64,000 nt of DNA, taken from positions 40,075 to 104,074 of the forward strand of contig JBNKLP010000001.1 of the NCBI GenBank assembly GCA_050292425.1, given 5' to 3'. The stretch is from Candidatus Nanoarchaeia archaeon. Lineage in GTDB: Archaea > Nanobdellota > Nanobdellia > Woesearchaeales > UBA583. Made by a program: the position numbers and the translations under genes. A model generated the notes under the pieces. The model worked only from the letters and a program-made list of their open reading frames with translations. It did not search any database and was not told the origin of the DNA. Positions 7,108 through 17,317 of this stretch are shown piece after piece (position 1 is the stretch's first letter; each line of letters starts with the position of its first letter).

Positions 7108-9384
7108 TTAATTTAAATTTTTTGGAGGTTTATTTGAAAAATGAATTTTCTTAACATAAAAAATAACTCCTAAAATAATTGTCAAAAACAATATAAAACC
7201 GACAATAATAAATGAAGTTGGCAAACTATTTGCATTTTTAAAATTTTGAACTAAGCTCCCAACCTCATCAGTACCACCAGAGTTCATCAAATCAAGCTCC
7301 TTCAATTCATTATATGTATTCTGGTCAATTTCTTTTAATGAATAATAATATTTGCCCTCAATTTCTTCACTAAATCTTGCTAAAAATTCTATTCCTGATT
7401 CTTTATCATAAACTATGAAACTATCATCGCCAGCTTTTTCTTCCAAATAAAAAAATTCATTATAACTTCCTTCCAAATTAGTCATGTAAATTCTCTTTTC
7501 AACTTTTTCCAATAGAAATTTTTTTACATTCAAATAAAGATTTGCTTTCTCATCATTTTCTGGATAACAAACTCTATTTTCTATAACAACTTCTTCATCT
7601 CCACAATTATTCAAATCAGTTTTGATTCTACTTTGCTTAAAATTAACACAATCTGACCATAAACTATACTCAAAATTTGGCTCACAAACAGGAGGGATAT
7701 AAACAGACTTTTCTCTACTAGAAGAACTTGAAGAAGAGTAAGGACTACTTATACTAGAAGAAGAACTAGAACTTGTGATAGTCGTAGGATTTTCAAGCAT
7801 TGTTTCATTCAGAGAAGTATTTTCTAATCTTAACTGTTTTAATGAATATTCAATTTCAGTAAGCCACATAACTTCAGAATAAACTGAAGCACCCATGTTT
7901 GCCGGTTGATACAATCTTATTCTATCTGTAGTAACAGAATCAAAAAAAACACTATAAGATTCAATATTATTTAAATTGGATATTGTCTCAAGTAACACAT
8001 AGGAATCCCCATCCCAATATTCAATCATCAATTGCTGAGGAGACATATAACTGGACCTAAAATCATTATAAGCCCAATGAATTGTGATATTGTTTAACTC
8101 CTCAGAATCATTCAAGTTCAAAATAACATAATGACTATTAACTATAGAATCTTCTGAGGCCCATTGAGTATTTAAATTTCCATCAATTAAATTAAGAGCA
8201 TCATAACTTACACTTGCATAAGTACTGTCGACTTCAACTGCTGAGATAATTGGAGGCTGAACTACTATTGGTGAATATGTTACTTCAATTGAATCAATTG
8301 CAGTGTTACCAGAACTGTCAGTAACCGTTACTTGAATATTATTTACTCCTTCAATTAAATCAATACTACTAATAGTCCAATTTGTGGTTTCAATTGCACT
8401 GCCACTGCCAAAACACCCACTATTACAACTCCAATTTACAGAACTAACAACAACATTATCTAAAGAAGTCCCTCCTAAATTAATTGTAGAAGCAGTAGTC
8501 AAGTAACTGCTCAAAGTAGTTGGTGATGTAATTGTGATACTAGGATTTGTTGTGTCAGTTGGTGAAATTGTACCTCCACTGCTACCAACAAAACCTACAG
8601 GAGGCCCAATATGTTGATTGTCAATTACAATCTCATCAATTAAAAAATAAGTATCAGCAGTTATTTGAGTTGCAGTTGCCATATAACCTCCAATCAAATC
8701 AATATAAGTCCAATCTCCTCCTAAAGTATCCATTGTCTGACTAACATACAAATCATCATTAAACTCACCATCTTGAGTTGTCAAATAAATATTAATCTCG
8801 CCAGTTTGAGTATTAGCCTCAAACTCAACACTAATCCACTCTTCTGCTCTATACCCTTCTCCAACTAAAAAAGTCTCAGAACCTGTTGGCCAATAATCTC
8901 CTCCTTCGTACCAACAAACTGTTCCATCACAAGAACCATAAGTTCTGGGAAATTCTCCAGTTTCTCCTCCCACTCTTCTTGTAATAATCATAGGCCTATC
9001 TCCTTGATCTCTAACAAAAATAGTTAATTTGTTACCTCCTGCATATCTTTGATAATCAGCTCCATAATAAATCAACCACCTAGCACTTAAAATTGGAGAA
9101 CTCACAATTTGATCTGAAAAATAAAAAGAACCTATTCCAGAATAACCCTGCCCGTCAACTAAATTAGAGGGAGTGTAAACCGGAGTTAATTTTGCAGCAC
9201 CTCCATTCCAACCTCCATTTGAAAGCCATTGATGTGTTGCCCCATCTGTTACCCATACCATACTACTAGTATAAGCATCAGAGTCAAAACTCTGCAAATA
9301 AGGTAATGAATTAACAGTTATTGAAAAACCTAAATTCATACATAATACCAAAAATAAAATTATAAATAATAATTTTTTTACCAT
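7108..9384 (-). CDS. Secreted, C-terminally anchored surface protein (jelly-roll, Ig-like, F5/8C discoidin domains, Ser linker, Cys-rich module, TM)
   Basis: Signal peptide; DTTNPSITITSP Ig-like unit; NLIDGNLNTQWAS discoidin motif; poly-Ser; C....WSDC....Q.R..D.NNCG module; C-terminal TM followed by basic residues. Confidence 0.8.
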   Translation of the reverse strand: MVKKLLFIILFLVLCMNLGFSITVNSLPYLQSFDSDAYTSSMVWVTDGATHQWLSNGGWNGGAAKLTPVYTPSNLVDGQGYSGIGSFYFSDQIVSSPILSARWLIYYGADYQRYAGGNKLTIFVRDQGDRPMIITRRVGGETGEFPRTYGSCDGTVCWYEGGDYWPTGSETFLVGEGYRAEEWISVEFEANTQTGEINIYLTTQDGEFNDDLYVSQTMDTLGGDWTYIDLIGGYMATATQITADTYFLIDEIVIDNQHIGPPVGFVGSSGGTISPTDTTNPSITITSPTTLSSYLTTASTINLGGTSLDNVVVSSVNWSCNSGCFGSGSAIETTNWTISSIDLIEGVNNIQVTVTDSSGNTAIDSIEVTYSPIVVQPPIISAVEVDSTYASVSYDALNLIDGNLNTQWASEDSIVNSHYVILNLNDSEELNNITIHWAYNDFRSSYMSPQQLMIEYWDGDSYVLLETISNLNNIESYSVFFDSVTTDRIRLYQPANMGASVYSEVMWLTEIEYSLKQLRLENTSLNETMLENPTTITSSSSSSSISSPYSSSSSSSREKSVYIPPVCEPNFEYSLWSDCVNFKQSRIKTDLNNCGDEEVVIENRVCYPENDEKANLYLNVKKFLLEKVEKRIYMTNLEGSYNEFFYLEEKAGDDSFIVYDKESGIEFLARFSEEIEGKYYYSLKEIDQNTYNELKELDLMNSGGTDEVGSLVQNFKNANSLPTSFIIVGFILFLTIILGVIFYVKKIHFSNKPPKNLN

Positions 9385-9520
9385 AATATTACTAAATTAA
9401 AAATGAGCAACTTAAAAAAATTTAGTTAAATTACATAGTAATCAAACTTAAAACATCTCATAATTTATTTCTAAATTAAAATCAAAAAACTTTATAAAAA
9501 TAATTCAATTAACTCAAACT

Positions 9521-10051
9521 ATGGTAAAAATAAACAAGGAAAACATTCCAAATTCTAAAGAAAACAAAAAAAAGGCAGAAAAGAGGCCCTCAAAAGAACA
9601 AAAAAAAATACAAGAACTTCAAGCTCAAGTTGAAGAACTAAAAACAGATTACTTAAGATCAAGAGCTGACTTTGAAAACTTCAGAAAAAGAAGTCAGGAA
9701 GAACTCACTCAAGCAAGAGAAAGAGGAACAATTTCATTTGTAGAAGATCTTCTTCCTGCAATCGATAACTTTGAAATGTCTCTTAAAATGACTGACAACA
9801 AGGAAATGTTTATCAAAGGAGTTGAAATGATTCACAAAAATCTAATTGACACATTAAAAGAACACAAAATAGAAGAATTTCAAGCACAAAAAGGAGAACA
9901 ATTCGACCCAACTCTTCACGACCCTCTTTTAATTGAAGATGAAACTCAAAGCCCAGGAACCATCATTGGAACAATAAAAAAAGGATACAAACACAAAGAT
10001 AAAATAATCAGAGCTGCAAAAGTTCAAGTAGTAAAAGAAAAAGAAGAGTAA
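9521..10051 (+). CDS. grpE: Nucleotide exchange factor GrpE
   Basis: YLR.RADFENFRKR, LLP.IDNFE, FDP.LH and GY....IIRAAKV motifs. Confidence 0.95.
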   Translation: MVKINKENIPNSKENKKKAEKRPSKEQKKIQELQAQVEELKTDYLRSRADFENFRKRSQEELTQARERGTISFVEDLLPAIDNFEMSLKMTDNKEMFIKGVEMIHKNLIDTLKEHKIEEFQAQKGEQFDPTLHDPLLIEDETQSPGTIIGTIKKGYKHKDKIIRAAKVQVVKEKEE

Positions 10052-10162
10052 AGAAAAATATTTTTTAAAAATTCACTCTCAAATAATAATAATTTTTACA
10101 AAAAGAAACACAAAATCAAAGTAGTAACGAATAATTAAAAAATAAAAACTAAGTATAAGAAC

Positions 10163-11599
10163 ATGAAGATTCTTAATTATTTAGGTAAGTTTTTCAAATC
10201 TGATAAAACTAATTCAGAAGCAAAAATCTATTACGAAAAAGGTAAAGCATACCTATACCTAGGAGACAATGAAAATGCAATCAAAAACTTCTCTAAAGCA
10301 ATAGAAATTGACCCAACATTTTCCAAAGCTTACTACAAAAGAGGACTTGCATATAAAGCCATAGGAGATTTGAAACAATCTAAGATTGACATCCTTTCTT
10401 CCTTAAAAAATTTAGAAAGTGATAACAATAAAGATTATTTTTCAAAACAAAAATACAAAAAAGAAATAGAAAAAATAAAACAATTATTAAATGATAACCC
10501 TCAAATTGTAAAACCAATCAATAAAAAAGAAGAAAAAGAAGTATGCCCTCCATACAATGACAAAAAAAAAATATTCAAAAAAATAGTCTTCGAAAAATGT
10601 AAAAACACAAATAACCTAGAATACAACAAATCAGAAAAAAAATATGAAGAATACCACAAAATTATCGACAAATATCAATATATTAAAAAAATATCAAAAG
10701 ACAATTTCATAGCAGAAGAAAACAATAATCAAAATAATTTTTTACAAAGGATGTGGAAAGAAAACACTCAAGATGAATTTGAAAGAAAAATAAGCAAGTT
10801 AAATGAATATAAAAGAATTCTGGACGAAAAAACACAAATAAACAACAAAGACGATAAAAGCGAAGAATATTTCTACCTAGGAAAAATTTATAAGAAAATA
10901 GGGAATCATGAAAAAGCTATCGAAAATTTTTCTAAAGCACTTGAAATCAACAAACAAAATTCTCAAGCATATTTTGATAGAGCAAAAGAATACAATAAGA
11001 TAAATGAATATGAAAAATCCTTAAAAGATTTACTTAAAGCCCAAGAATTAGGACAAAATGATCACACAGTTCATTTTTATTTAGGATTTCTGAAATTCAA
11101 TTTAAATAATTATTCAGAAGCAATAAATGAAATTAATATTGCATTAAACATAAATAACAAATACACTCCTGCATTATACTTAAGAGCTCTGTGTTATGAA
11201 GAAATACTTGAAAAAAATAATGCTATAAAAGATTACAGTTCAATAATTGAACTAGATAACGAACAATGTGCTGCACATTATCTAAGAGGGAAATTATTAT
11301 TAGAACAAAATAAAATTACCGAAGCTCAAAATGATTTTACAAATGCAATAAGAATAAACCCTATGCTAAAAAATGCATATTACGAAAAAGCAAAAATCTA
11401 TGAGCAATCAAACAATTTAGAAAATGCATTACAAGACCTAAATAAAGTATTGGCAATAACTGATGAAGATCCTAAATGCTTTCTTGAACTAAGCAAAATC
11501 CATCAAAAACTTGGAAATCAAGAACTTGAAAAAGAAAACTATGAAAAATACAAGCAAATCTCAAACAAACTCAATAAAGAAAAACAAATGCTCAATTAA
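10163..11599 (+). CDS. Tetratricopeptide repeat protein
   Basis: Multiple 34-aa TPR units (YY.KG.AY..LG....AI..FSKAIEIDP). Confidence 0.9.
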   Translation: MKILNYLGKFFKSDKTNSEAKIYYEKGKAYLYLGDNENAIKNFSKAIEIDPTFSKAYYKRGLAYKAIGDLKQSKIDILSSLKNLESDNNKDYFSKQKYKKEIEKIKQLLNDNPQIVKPINKKEEKEVCPPYNDKKKIFKKIVFEKCKNTNNLEYNKSEKKYEEYHKIIDKYQYIKKISKDNFIAEENNNQNNFLQRMWKENTQDEFERKISKLNEYKRILDEKTQINNKDDKSEEYFYLGKIYKKIGNHEKAIENFSKALEINKQNSQAYFDRAKEYNKINEYEKSLKDLLKAQELGQNDHTVHFYLGFLKFNLNNYSEAINEINIALNINNKYTPALYLRALCYEEILEKNNAIKDYSSIIELDNEQCAAHYLRGKLLLEQNKITEAQNDFTNAIRINPMLKNAYYEKAKIYEQSNNLENALQDLNKVLAITDEDPKCFLELSKIHQKLGNQELEKENYEKYKQISNKLNKEKQMLN

Positions 11600-12359
11600 A
11601 CAAAAATTTAAACTTTTCTGGAAGATATATTACTTCTCCATACAAACCCTTCTTCTTGTCAAAAGAATAACTATACATCGAATTACTTTCACCACCATCA
11701 ATATTTTCTCCTAGATAGTCCCCTTCAAACTCCTGTAAATGATAAACTGGTCCTAAATTTGAATTTCTAACAAATCCATTTTTAGTCAAAAACAAAGGAG
11801 CCCCACCATTAACCTTTGTTCTCTCATTAGAAACAAACTTAGAATTCTTTCCAATCAAAGACATGCAAACAAGATTCTTATCCGGACTTGAATTAATAAT
11901 AACAAATTTGAAACCCTTTGGAACAACTACATAACTTCCTTTCAAAACATTAATCAACTTTACATCCAAAGAACCATCTTCATAAAGCAAAAAATATCCT
12001 TGACCAGAAATTACTTCAAAAACACCTCCACTACACTCTCCCCTATAAGAAACACACAAATTAGCAGTCTTGTTAAACTCTCTTCCCAAAAATCCGCTCT
12101 TTATCACAAAAACTGATGGTTTTATATTCAAACTCTCAAAAAATAAAGTATCATTATTCTTGCAAACCATATGATAAACACAATAGATTGTCGATTTGGA
12201 ATCCTTGTAATCAAGTAATTCATCTTTTAAATCAGAATACTTAAAATAATCCTTTTTCCTATAAACAACATCAGAACTAAAAGTAAAAGGGTCCGTTTTC
12301 AACATCAACCCCTTTGATACATCAGGCTTATTAAAAACCCTAAACATCTTTGAAAACAT
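11592..12359 (-). CDS. Cupin-type glucose-6-phosphate isomerase-like protein (degenerate)
   Basis: G.LGREFNKT, FEVISGQG..LL and VVVP.G....IIN align with cupin GPI-like family layout, but the metal-binding His positions appear to be missing. Confidence 0.55.
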   Translation of the reverse strand: MFSKMFRVFNKPDVSKGLMLKTDPFTFSSDVVYRKKDYFKYSDLKDELLDYKDSKSTIYCVYHMVCKNNDTLFFESLNIKPSVFVIKSGFLGREFNKTANLCVSYRGECSGGVFEVISGQGYFLLYEDGSLDVKLINVLKGSYVVVPKGFKFVIINSSPDKNLVCMSLIGKNSKFVSNERTKVNGGAPLFLTKNGFVRNSNLGPVYHLQEFEGDYLGENIDGGESNSMYSYSFDKKKGLYGEVIYLPEKFKFLFN

Positions 12360-12428
12360 ATAAAAAATTATTCAAAACATATAAAAAAGATTAGTTTTAA
12401 CTAAGCAGGAACTATTAGAACTCCCCAT

Positions 12429-14942
12429 TTACCTTCTGTTTCTCAAATCTCTATCAACATCTCTTTCTGCAAAATAAAACCTTTTCTTCTTAGTTCTCCT
12501 ATTCAAATAATCATCAAGATTAATCCTCTCTTTAATTTCCTTCTTAACAGGTTTTTCTTCAACTACAGGCTCTTCAATATTAACTTCCTCTTTAGGCAAA
12601 ACTTCTTTCTTTTCTGGAACAACAAAAGACTCTTCTTCAACCATAGGTCTTTGTTTTTGAACATAAGCCAATGTAGAATCCCATTCCGCAGCAGATTTTC
12701 TACTCATTAAATAATCCATGAACTCATCTTTTTTACCTTCATCCTTCTTTCTACCAAATGCAGTGGCAAACAAACTTGTTTTCTTCTCAGAAATATCCTC
12801 TGCAACCCTCTTCTCCAAAGTATGTTCAGGCTTCTCAACTACATCCTTTTTAATTTTATCAACTCTTTTCTTTTGTTTCTCTCTCACTTCAAAAGGAATT
12901 GAAATATCTCTTCTAATACCCAAATCTTTCATCTTCTGCTTCTCAAACTCTGTAAGCTCCCTTTTCTTCTCTTGTCTTTCTTTTTCTCTTTGTGCATCAA
13001 GTTGTTTTTTTATTCTCTCTTTCTTTGTTTTCTCCAGACTCTTCCCCAAAATAACATCATCCCTTCGCTTCTTGTGAAACTCCAATTGTTTCTTATTTTT
13101 AATTTTCTTAACTTTTTTGTTAACATCAGAATCTTTACTCACAAAATACCAAACTACTGTTCCTAGAATCACAATCAGTAATATAATCCAAAGCCAACTA
13201 AATGAATTTTCTTCCTCAGCTACTTCTTCCACCACCTGTTCTGGCTCACTAATTGGTTCTTGAACAACTTCTTCGACAATAGGTTCCTCAATAACTGGAG
13301 CAGCATAAGTTACAAAAAAACTCTCCTCATAAGAATTACCAAAATCATCCACAACACTAACAACAATTTCATTAACTCCATCAGCTAAAGTCACCTTTGA
13401 AACTACTGATCCTTTTGCAATATCCTGCAAACTTTTCTCATCAACCAAAACTCCCTTATTTCTAACCTTAATAGTCACATCAGAGTTCACATCTGTATTA
13501 AAACTAACAGTATATGTCTCTATTTTCGTAGTCTCTTCTTTTGGAGTTGTTGCAACAAAATTTATTCCTTGCTTCACAGGCACTGTAGAAACTTCATTTG
13601 ATTTTACATTATTTCCTGCCTCATCATATACTCTAACATAATAAGCATACTTCTCAGGATAAGAAACCCCTGAATCTTCATAACTCAGTTTGCTTCCCTT
13701 GTAAATCTGCTCATCATTTCTATACAAATAATACTTTACATCTCCTTCTTCATCTCTAGCCTCAGTCCATGAAATCTCAATGGACCCATAATCAGTACTT
13801 TGGACAGAAATAGTAGTAGAATCTGGCTCATTAACATCATAATAAAAATCTCTTGAAAAATACTCCCTATAACCCTCAATTTCACAAAAAAACTCAACAA
13901 CATACTTTCCAACATTGCTAATTGCCAGATTAACACTAAACTCATTATTATTCTCATCAAATTTTTCATCAAAATTAACATAACCAACCTTGCTCAAAAA
14001 ACAACTTGCTGCATTTGAATCAAAAACAAATTTTTTCTTATTTGAATAAATCTCATCTGGAAAAGTGACTTTTATATTACTATTCAGATTAATCTCCTTT
14101 GAAATCTTGTTTCCTGAAGAATCAAAAACTTCAATCAAAACAACTCCTTGTGTAAAAGGCACATCAACTATGCTTTTGAAAGATTTTCCTTCAATAATCT
14201 CAGAAATAAAAAAATTATCCTGCGAAATTACATATTTTTCTAAATCATAATTATCACTAATCTCAAACTCTACACTCATTTCATTTCCCTTATCTTCAAT
14301 AACATAGTACTCAAACTGTGGATCAAATATATCCTCAATAGGAAAAACTTCCTGAACTTTCTTCACATTACCTGCAAAATCAAAAATCCTGAAAATCAAA
14401 ACAAGATTCTCATTATCTGTTAAAGCATACAAAAAATCTTCTCCTCCTGAAGTTTCATCTAAAAGAGTCTCTCCATTAGAATCTTCCTTGTAAATTTTAA
14501 TAATATCAACTCCATAATTATCTGAATAATTAAACTCAATATTTAAAGTCTTTGAATCTGCATCAATACTAGAATTAAGAATTTCAAAAATTGGACTTTG
14601 AAAATCAAGATAAATTACTTTGGAAACTCCTCCAACGATAACTTCAAACTCATTTGAACTACCAAAACTGCCCCCAACTCCTGAAACTAAATCAACCAAT
14701 GAAAACTCAGCACAATAGTTATCTGAGCAATCTGAGAAATTAAGAATTTCACTATAATTATTACCCAAACTTGTAAAATTTATGGTCAAATTAGACAAAA
14801 AAACATCTGAAACAACCTTAACATCTGGTTCACTTACTGAAAAATATTCTCTTTGATTTCCATCCACATCCAAAACATCAAAAGCAGACACTAAGTGAAA
14901 ACTTAAAAACAAGATTAAAACTGACAATAAAGCCTTATTCAT
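12429..14942 (-). CDS. Single-pass membrane protein with Ig/fibronectin type III ectodomain and long charged cytoplasmic tail
   Basis: Signal peptide, repeated D.AGN/D..GN beta-sandwich ends, FN3 motif (ISW...Y.LYRN...Y.D...YYVR.YD.AGN), TM near aa 585-605, ~230-aa K/E-rich tail. Confidence 0.8.
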   Translation of the reverse strand: MNKALLSVLILFLSFHLVSAFDVLDVDGNQREYFSVSEPDVKVVSDVFLSNLTINFTSLGNNYSEILNFSDCSDNYCAEFSLVDLVSGVGGSFGSSNEFEVIVGGVSKVIYLDFQSPIFEILNSSIDADSKTLNIEFNYSDNYGVDIIKIYKEDSNGETLLDETSGGEDFLYALTDNENLVLIFRIFDFAGNVKKVQEVFPIEDIFDPQFEYYVIEDKGNEMSVEFEISDNYDLEKYVISQDNFFISEIIEGKSFKSIVDVPFTQGVVLIEVFDSSGNKISKEINLNSNIKVTFPDEIYSNKKKFVFDSNAASCFLSKVGYVNFDEKFDENNNEFSVNLAISNVGKYVVEFFCEIEGYREYFSRDFYYDVNEPDSTTISVQSTDYGSIEISWTEARDEEGDVKYYLYRNDEQIYKGSKLSYEDSGVSYPEKYAYYVRVYDEAGNNVKSNEVSTVPVKQGINFVATTPKEETTKIETYTVSFNTDVNSDVTIKVRNKGVLVDEKSLQDIAKGSVVSKVTLADGVNEIVVSVVDDFGNSYEESFFVTYAAPVIEEPIVEEVVQEPISEPEQVVEEVAEEENSFSWLWIILLIVILGTVVWYFVSKDSDVNKKVKKIKNKKQLEFHKKRRDDVILGKSLEKTKKERIKKQLDAQREKERQEKKRELTEFEKQKMKDLGIRRDISIPFEVREKQKKRVDKIKKDVVEKPEHTLEKRVAEDISEKKTSLFATAFGRKKDEGKKDEFMDYLMSRKSAAEWDSTLAYVQKQRPMVEEESFVVPEKKEVLPKEEVNIEEPVVEEKPVKKEIKERINLDDYLNRRTKKKRFYFAERDVDRDLRNRR

Positions 14943-15035
14943 AACAAAAACTAAAATTCATTATTTATAAATTTTGTTCACAAAAACAAATGACAACAAT
15001 AAAAAAAATTAAATTTTAATCACTGTAGGGCAAGC

Positions 15036-15491
15036 TTACAGCATTTTTGCAATTAATTCACTAATTGCTTCTTTCCTATCTCCAAGAACTCCCTTCTTTG
15101 CAAAAGGCATCTTGATACCTCCTCTCTCAAATCCTCCCTTTGGAGGGTGCAGTCTGAAAAAAGGCTTCATTGAGAACTTCTCTTCGAACTCTCTTAACTT
15201 AAGCTTTCCACCAAAATATTCCTTTGCAACCTTAGCTGCATCAATTTTGGCATCAGTCTTTCCAATAGTCTCTCCTCTTTTAGAAACCATTTCTTCAAAG
15301 AATTTTTCATCAACTAAACCATATGTAGCATAATCTTTAATTCTCTGAGCCATACCCCTGCTAACAGGAGTATCATCAACAACAACACAAGCATGCTTCT
15401 TCTTCAATCTTAGAAGCTCAAGTGTTTTTTTCACATCAGGTGAAACATTAACAGTTCCTCTGATCAAAACAATTGCTATTTTTTTACTCAT
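15036..15491 (-). CDS. rpl30: 50S ribosomal protein L30 (uL30)
   Basis: IRG...TL.LLRL..KH, FFRLHPPKGGF motifs; cluster position. Confidence 0.95.
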   Translation of the reverse strand: MSKKIAIVLIRGTVNVSPDVKKTLELLRLKKKHACVVVDDTPVSRGMAQRIKDYATYGLVDEKFFEEMVSKRGETIGKTDAKIDAAKVAKEYFGGKLKLREFEEKFSMKPFFRLHPPKGGFERGGIKMPFAKKGVLGDRKEAISELIAKML

Positions 15492-16281
15492 CTTTTTCTC
15501 CCTCTTTAATTCCTCTACCTTCCATCAATTTCGGACTGATCTTGATTTTCTGTAGATTCTGCAAAGCATTAAATCCTGCTTTCATTAAATTTGTCTTATT
15601 CTTTGTTGAACCTTGTGTCTTTGACCAAACATCCTTAATACCTGCAAGTTCAAGCATTTTCTTCAATTCAGCCTCAACAACTAGACCTGTTCCCTTTGGA
15701 GCTGGCATCAACTTAACCAAAACTGAACCTGATCTTCCTTCAACTGCAAATGGAATACTATGTGCTGTACCACACATACAACCCCAATCACCACAACCTC
15801 TTCTTGTAATGATAAGGTTCTCCTTTGCCTTTCTCAAAGCCTTCTCTCTTGAAGGAACAGTCTCTCTTGCCTTACCAAAACCAAGACCAACAATACCTTC
15901 CTTATTACCTGAAAGAGCAACCATGGAAAAACTCATTCTTCCTCCTTCTTTGGTAATCTTCTGAGTTGACTTTGAAGTCTTTCTCTTTCCTCCTCCGAAC
16001 TTACCTTTAGCCTGTCCAACATTAACAAACTCAGTATTCAAATTAGGAATCAAAAATTCTGTAATCTCAGGCTCCATAATTTTTTGACCTGAAACTAAAA
16101 CATCTCTCATAGTTGAATACTTGCCAGCAAGAACTGCTTTTCCAAGCTGTGTCTTTGGCTCCCAAACTTTCTCTTCAACAGGAGTCTCTTCTCTTCGAGG
16201 TCTTCTTTCTCTGTTATCTCTTCGAGGTCCTCCTCTGTTAAATCCCCCCCTATTTTGTTGATTTCTATTAAATTCAGCCAT
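15484..16281 (-). CDS. rps5: 30S ribosomal protein S5 (uS5)
   Basis: W.PKT.LG, RRGCGDW.C.CG..HSIPF, PAPKGTGLV motifs. Confidence 0.96.
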   Translation of the reverse strand: MAEFNRNQQNRGGFNRGGPRRDNRERRPRREETPVEEKVWEPKTQLGKAVLAGKYSTMRDVLVSGQKIMEPEITEFLIPNLNTEFVNVGQAKGKFGGGKRKTSKSTQKITKEGGRMSFSMVALSGNKEGIVGLGFGKARETVPSREKALRKAKENLIITRRGCGDWGCMCGTAHSIPFAVEGRSGSVLVKLMPAPKGTGLVVEAELKKMLELAGIKDVWSKTQGSTKNKTNLMKAGFNALQNLQKIKISPKLMEGRGIKEGEKDE

Positions 16282-16283
16282 TT

Positions 16284-16793
16284 TTACAACTTGTCACAAG
16301 CCCCCTTAACCTTTTCAACTAATTTAGCTGCATCCTTAACCTTAAGATGTGAACCATTTAGTCTCTCTTCTGCCGGGAAAACAACATCTGATGCCTTAAC
16401 ATTAACTCCAGCATCAATCATACCCTTAACAGCTGCAAAAAGTCTTGAACCATACTGAATGTTCTGCAAACCTAAATCCACAATACACTCAGACTTCAAC
16501 TTCTTCTTCAAAGCTCTCTTACCTGCAAGATATCCTGTAAGATAAGCTGCTGTAAGATTTCCAGTATTTGCTTTAAATCCTAGCTTAACAAGATCAACAG
16601 CCTTAGCTGAAGTAACAATCTTATCACCTTGTGGAGCATACTCAACAATTTGAACTAGAGTATTCTTATTAGACCTTCTAACAACAACTCTTGGCAACTT
16701 GCTCTTAAGCAAATTCAATCTCTGCTGATAATCAGTCTGCCCTCTGATTCTTCTGTTAAATCTGAAAACTCTGTTTTTATTAGTGTTTTTCAT
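16284..16793 (-). CDS. rpl18: 50S ribosomal protein L18 (uL18)
   Basis: RR..G.TDY..RL.LL, R.VVR.SN, N.TAAYLTG motifs. Confidence 0.95.
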   Translation of the reverse strand: MKNTNKNRVFRFNRRIRGQTDYQQRLNLLKSKLPRVVVRRSNKNTLVQIVEYAPQGDKIVTSAKAVDLVKLGFKANTGNLTAAYLTGYLAGKRALKKKLKSECIVDLGLQNIQYGSRLFAAVKGMIDAGVNVKASDVVFPAEERLNGSHLKVKDAAKLVEKVKGACDKL

Positions 16794-16795
16794 TT

Positions 16796-17317
16796 TTACT
16801 TCTTAGCCTCCTTTGTCTTTTTAGCTTCAGTTTTCTTAGTCTCAGTTTTTTCAACCTTAACTTCCTTAAGCATATTATTCTGCTCAATATAAAGCATCAT
16901 ATGTCTTTTATTTCTGAAAAAGTTACCTTTGGACTTCTTGTAAAGCTCTCTGTAATCCTTAACTTCAAGTCTTCCTGCATCCTTGAACTTCTTCAAAGCA
17001 ACCCTAAGTGCTCTGATTTTAATCATCCACTTAGCTTTTTCATTAAATCTGGCATTAGCAGTTCCTCTTCTATTACCATGACCAGACATTCTTCCCTTCT
17101 TCTTTTGGGAAAGAATCTTGTTTGCCCTAGTTCTTGCAATACCTTTTTTAGGAACCTTTGTGATAATTCCTTCTCCTAAAAGTTCCTTAACTCCTTCTCT
17201 TGAGATAACTTCTTTCAAAGCCTTCTTATTCTCAGGAGTAGTTGCATTAAGCTTAACTCTCTTCTTTGAAACACCTAGTGCTCTTGAAGCTAGTTCCTTT
17301 TGTGCTCTTAGGTTCAT
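16796..17317 (-). CDS. rpl19e: 50S ribosomal protein L19e
   Basis: L..QK.LA...LG, KKGR..G.G.R.GT.NAR, LY.K.KG..F motifs. Confidence 0.95.
   Translation of the reverse strand: MNLRAQKELASRALGVSKKRVKLNATTPENKKALKEVISREGVKELLGEGIITKVPKKGIARTRANKILSQKKKGRMSGHGNRRGTANARFNEKAKWMIKIRALRVALKKFKDAGRLEVKDYRELYKKSKGNFFRNKRHMMLYIEQNNMLKEVKVEKTETKKTEAKKTKEAKK

Noticed and set aside
7715..7780. Repetitive AGAAGAACT-like DNA
   Set aside because: Encodes the poly-Ser linker of the surface protein; not an independent repeat.
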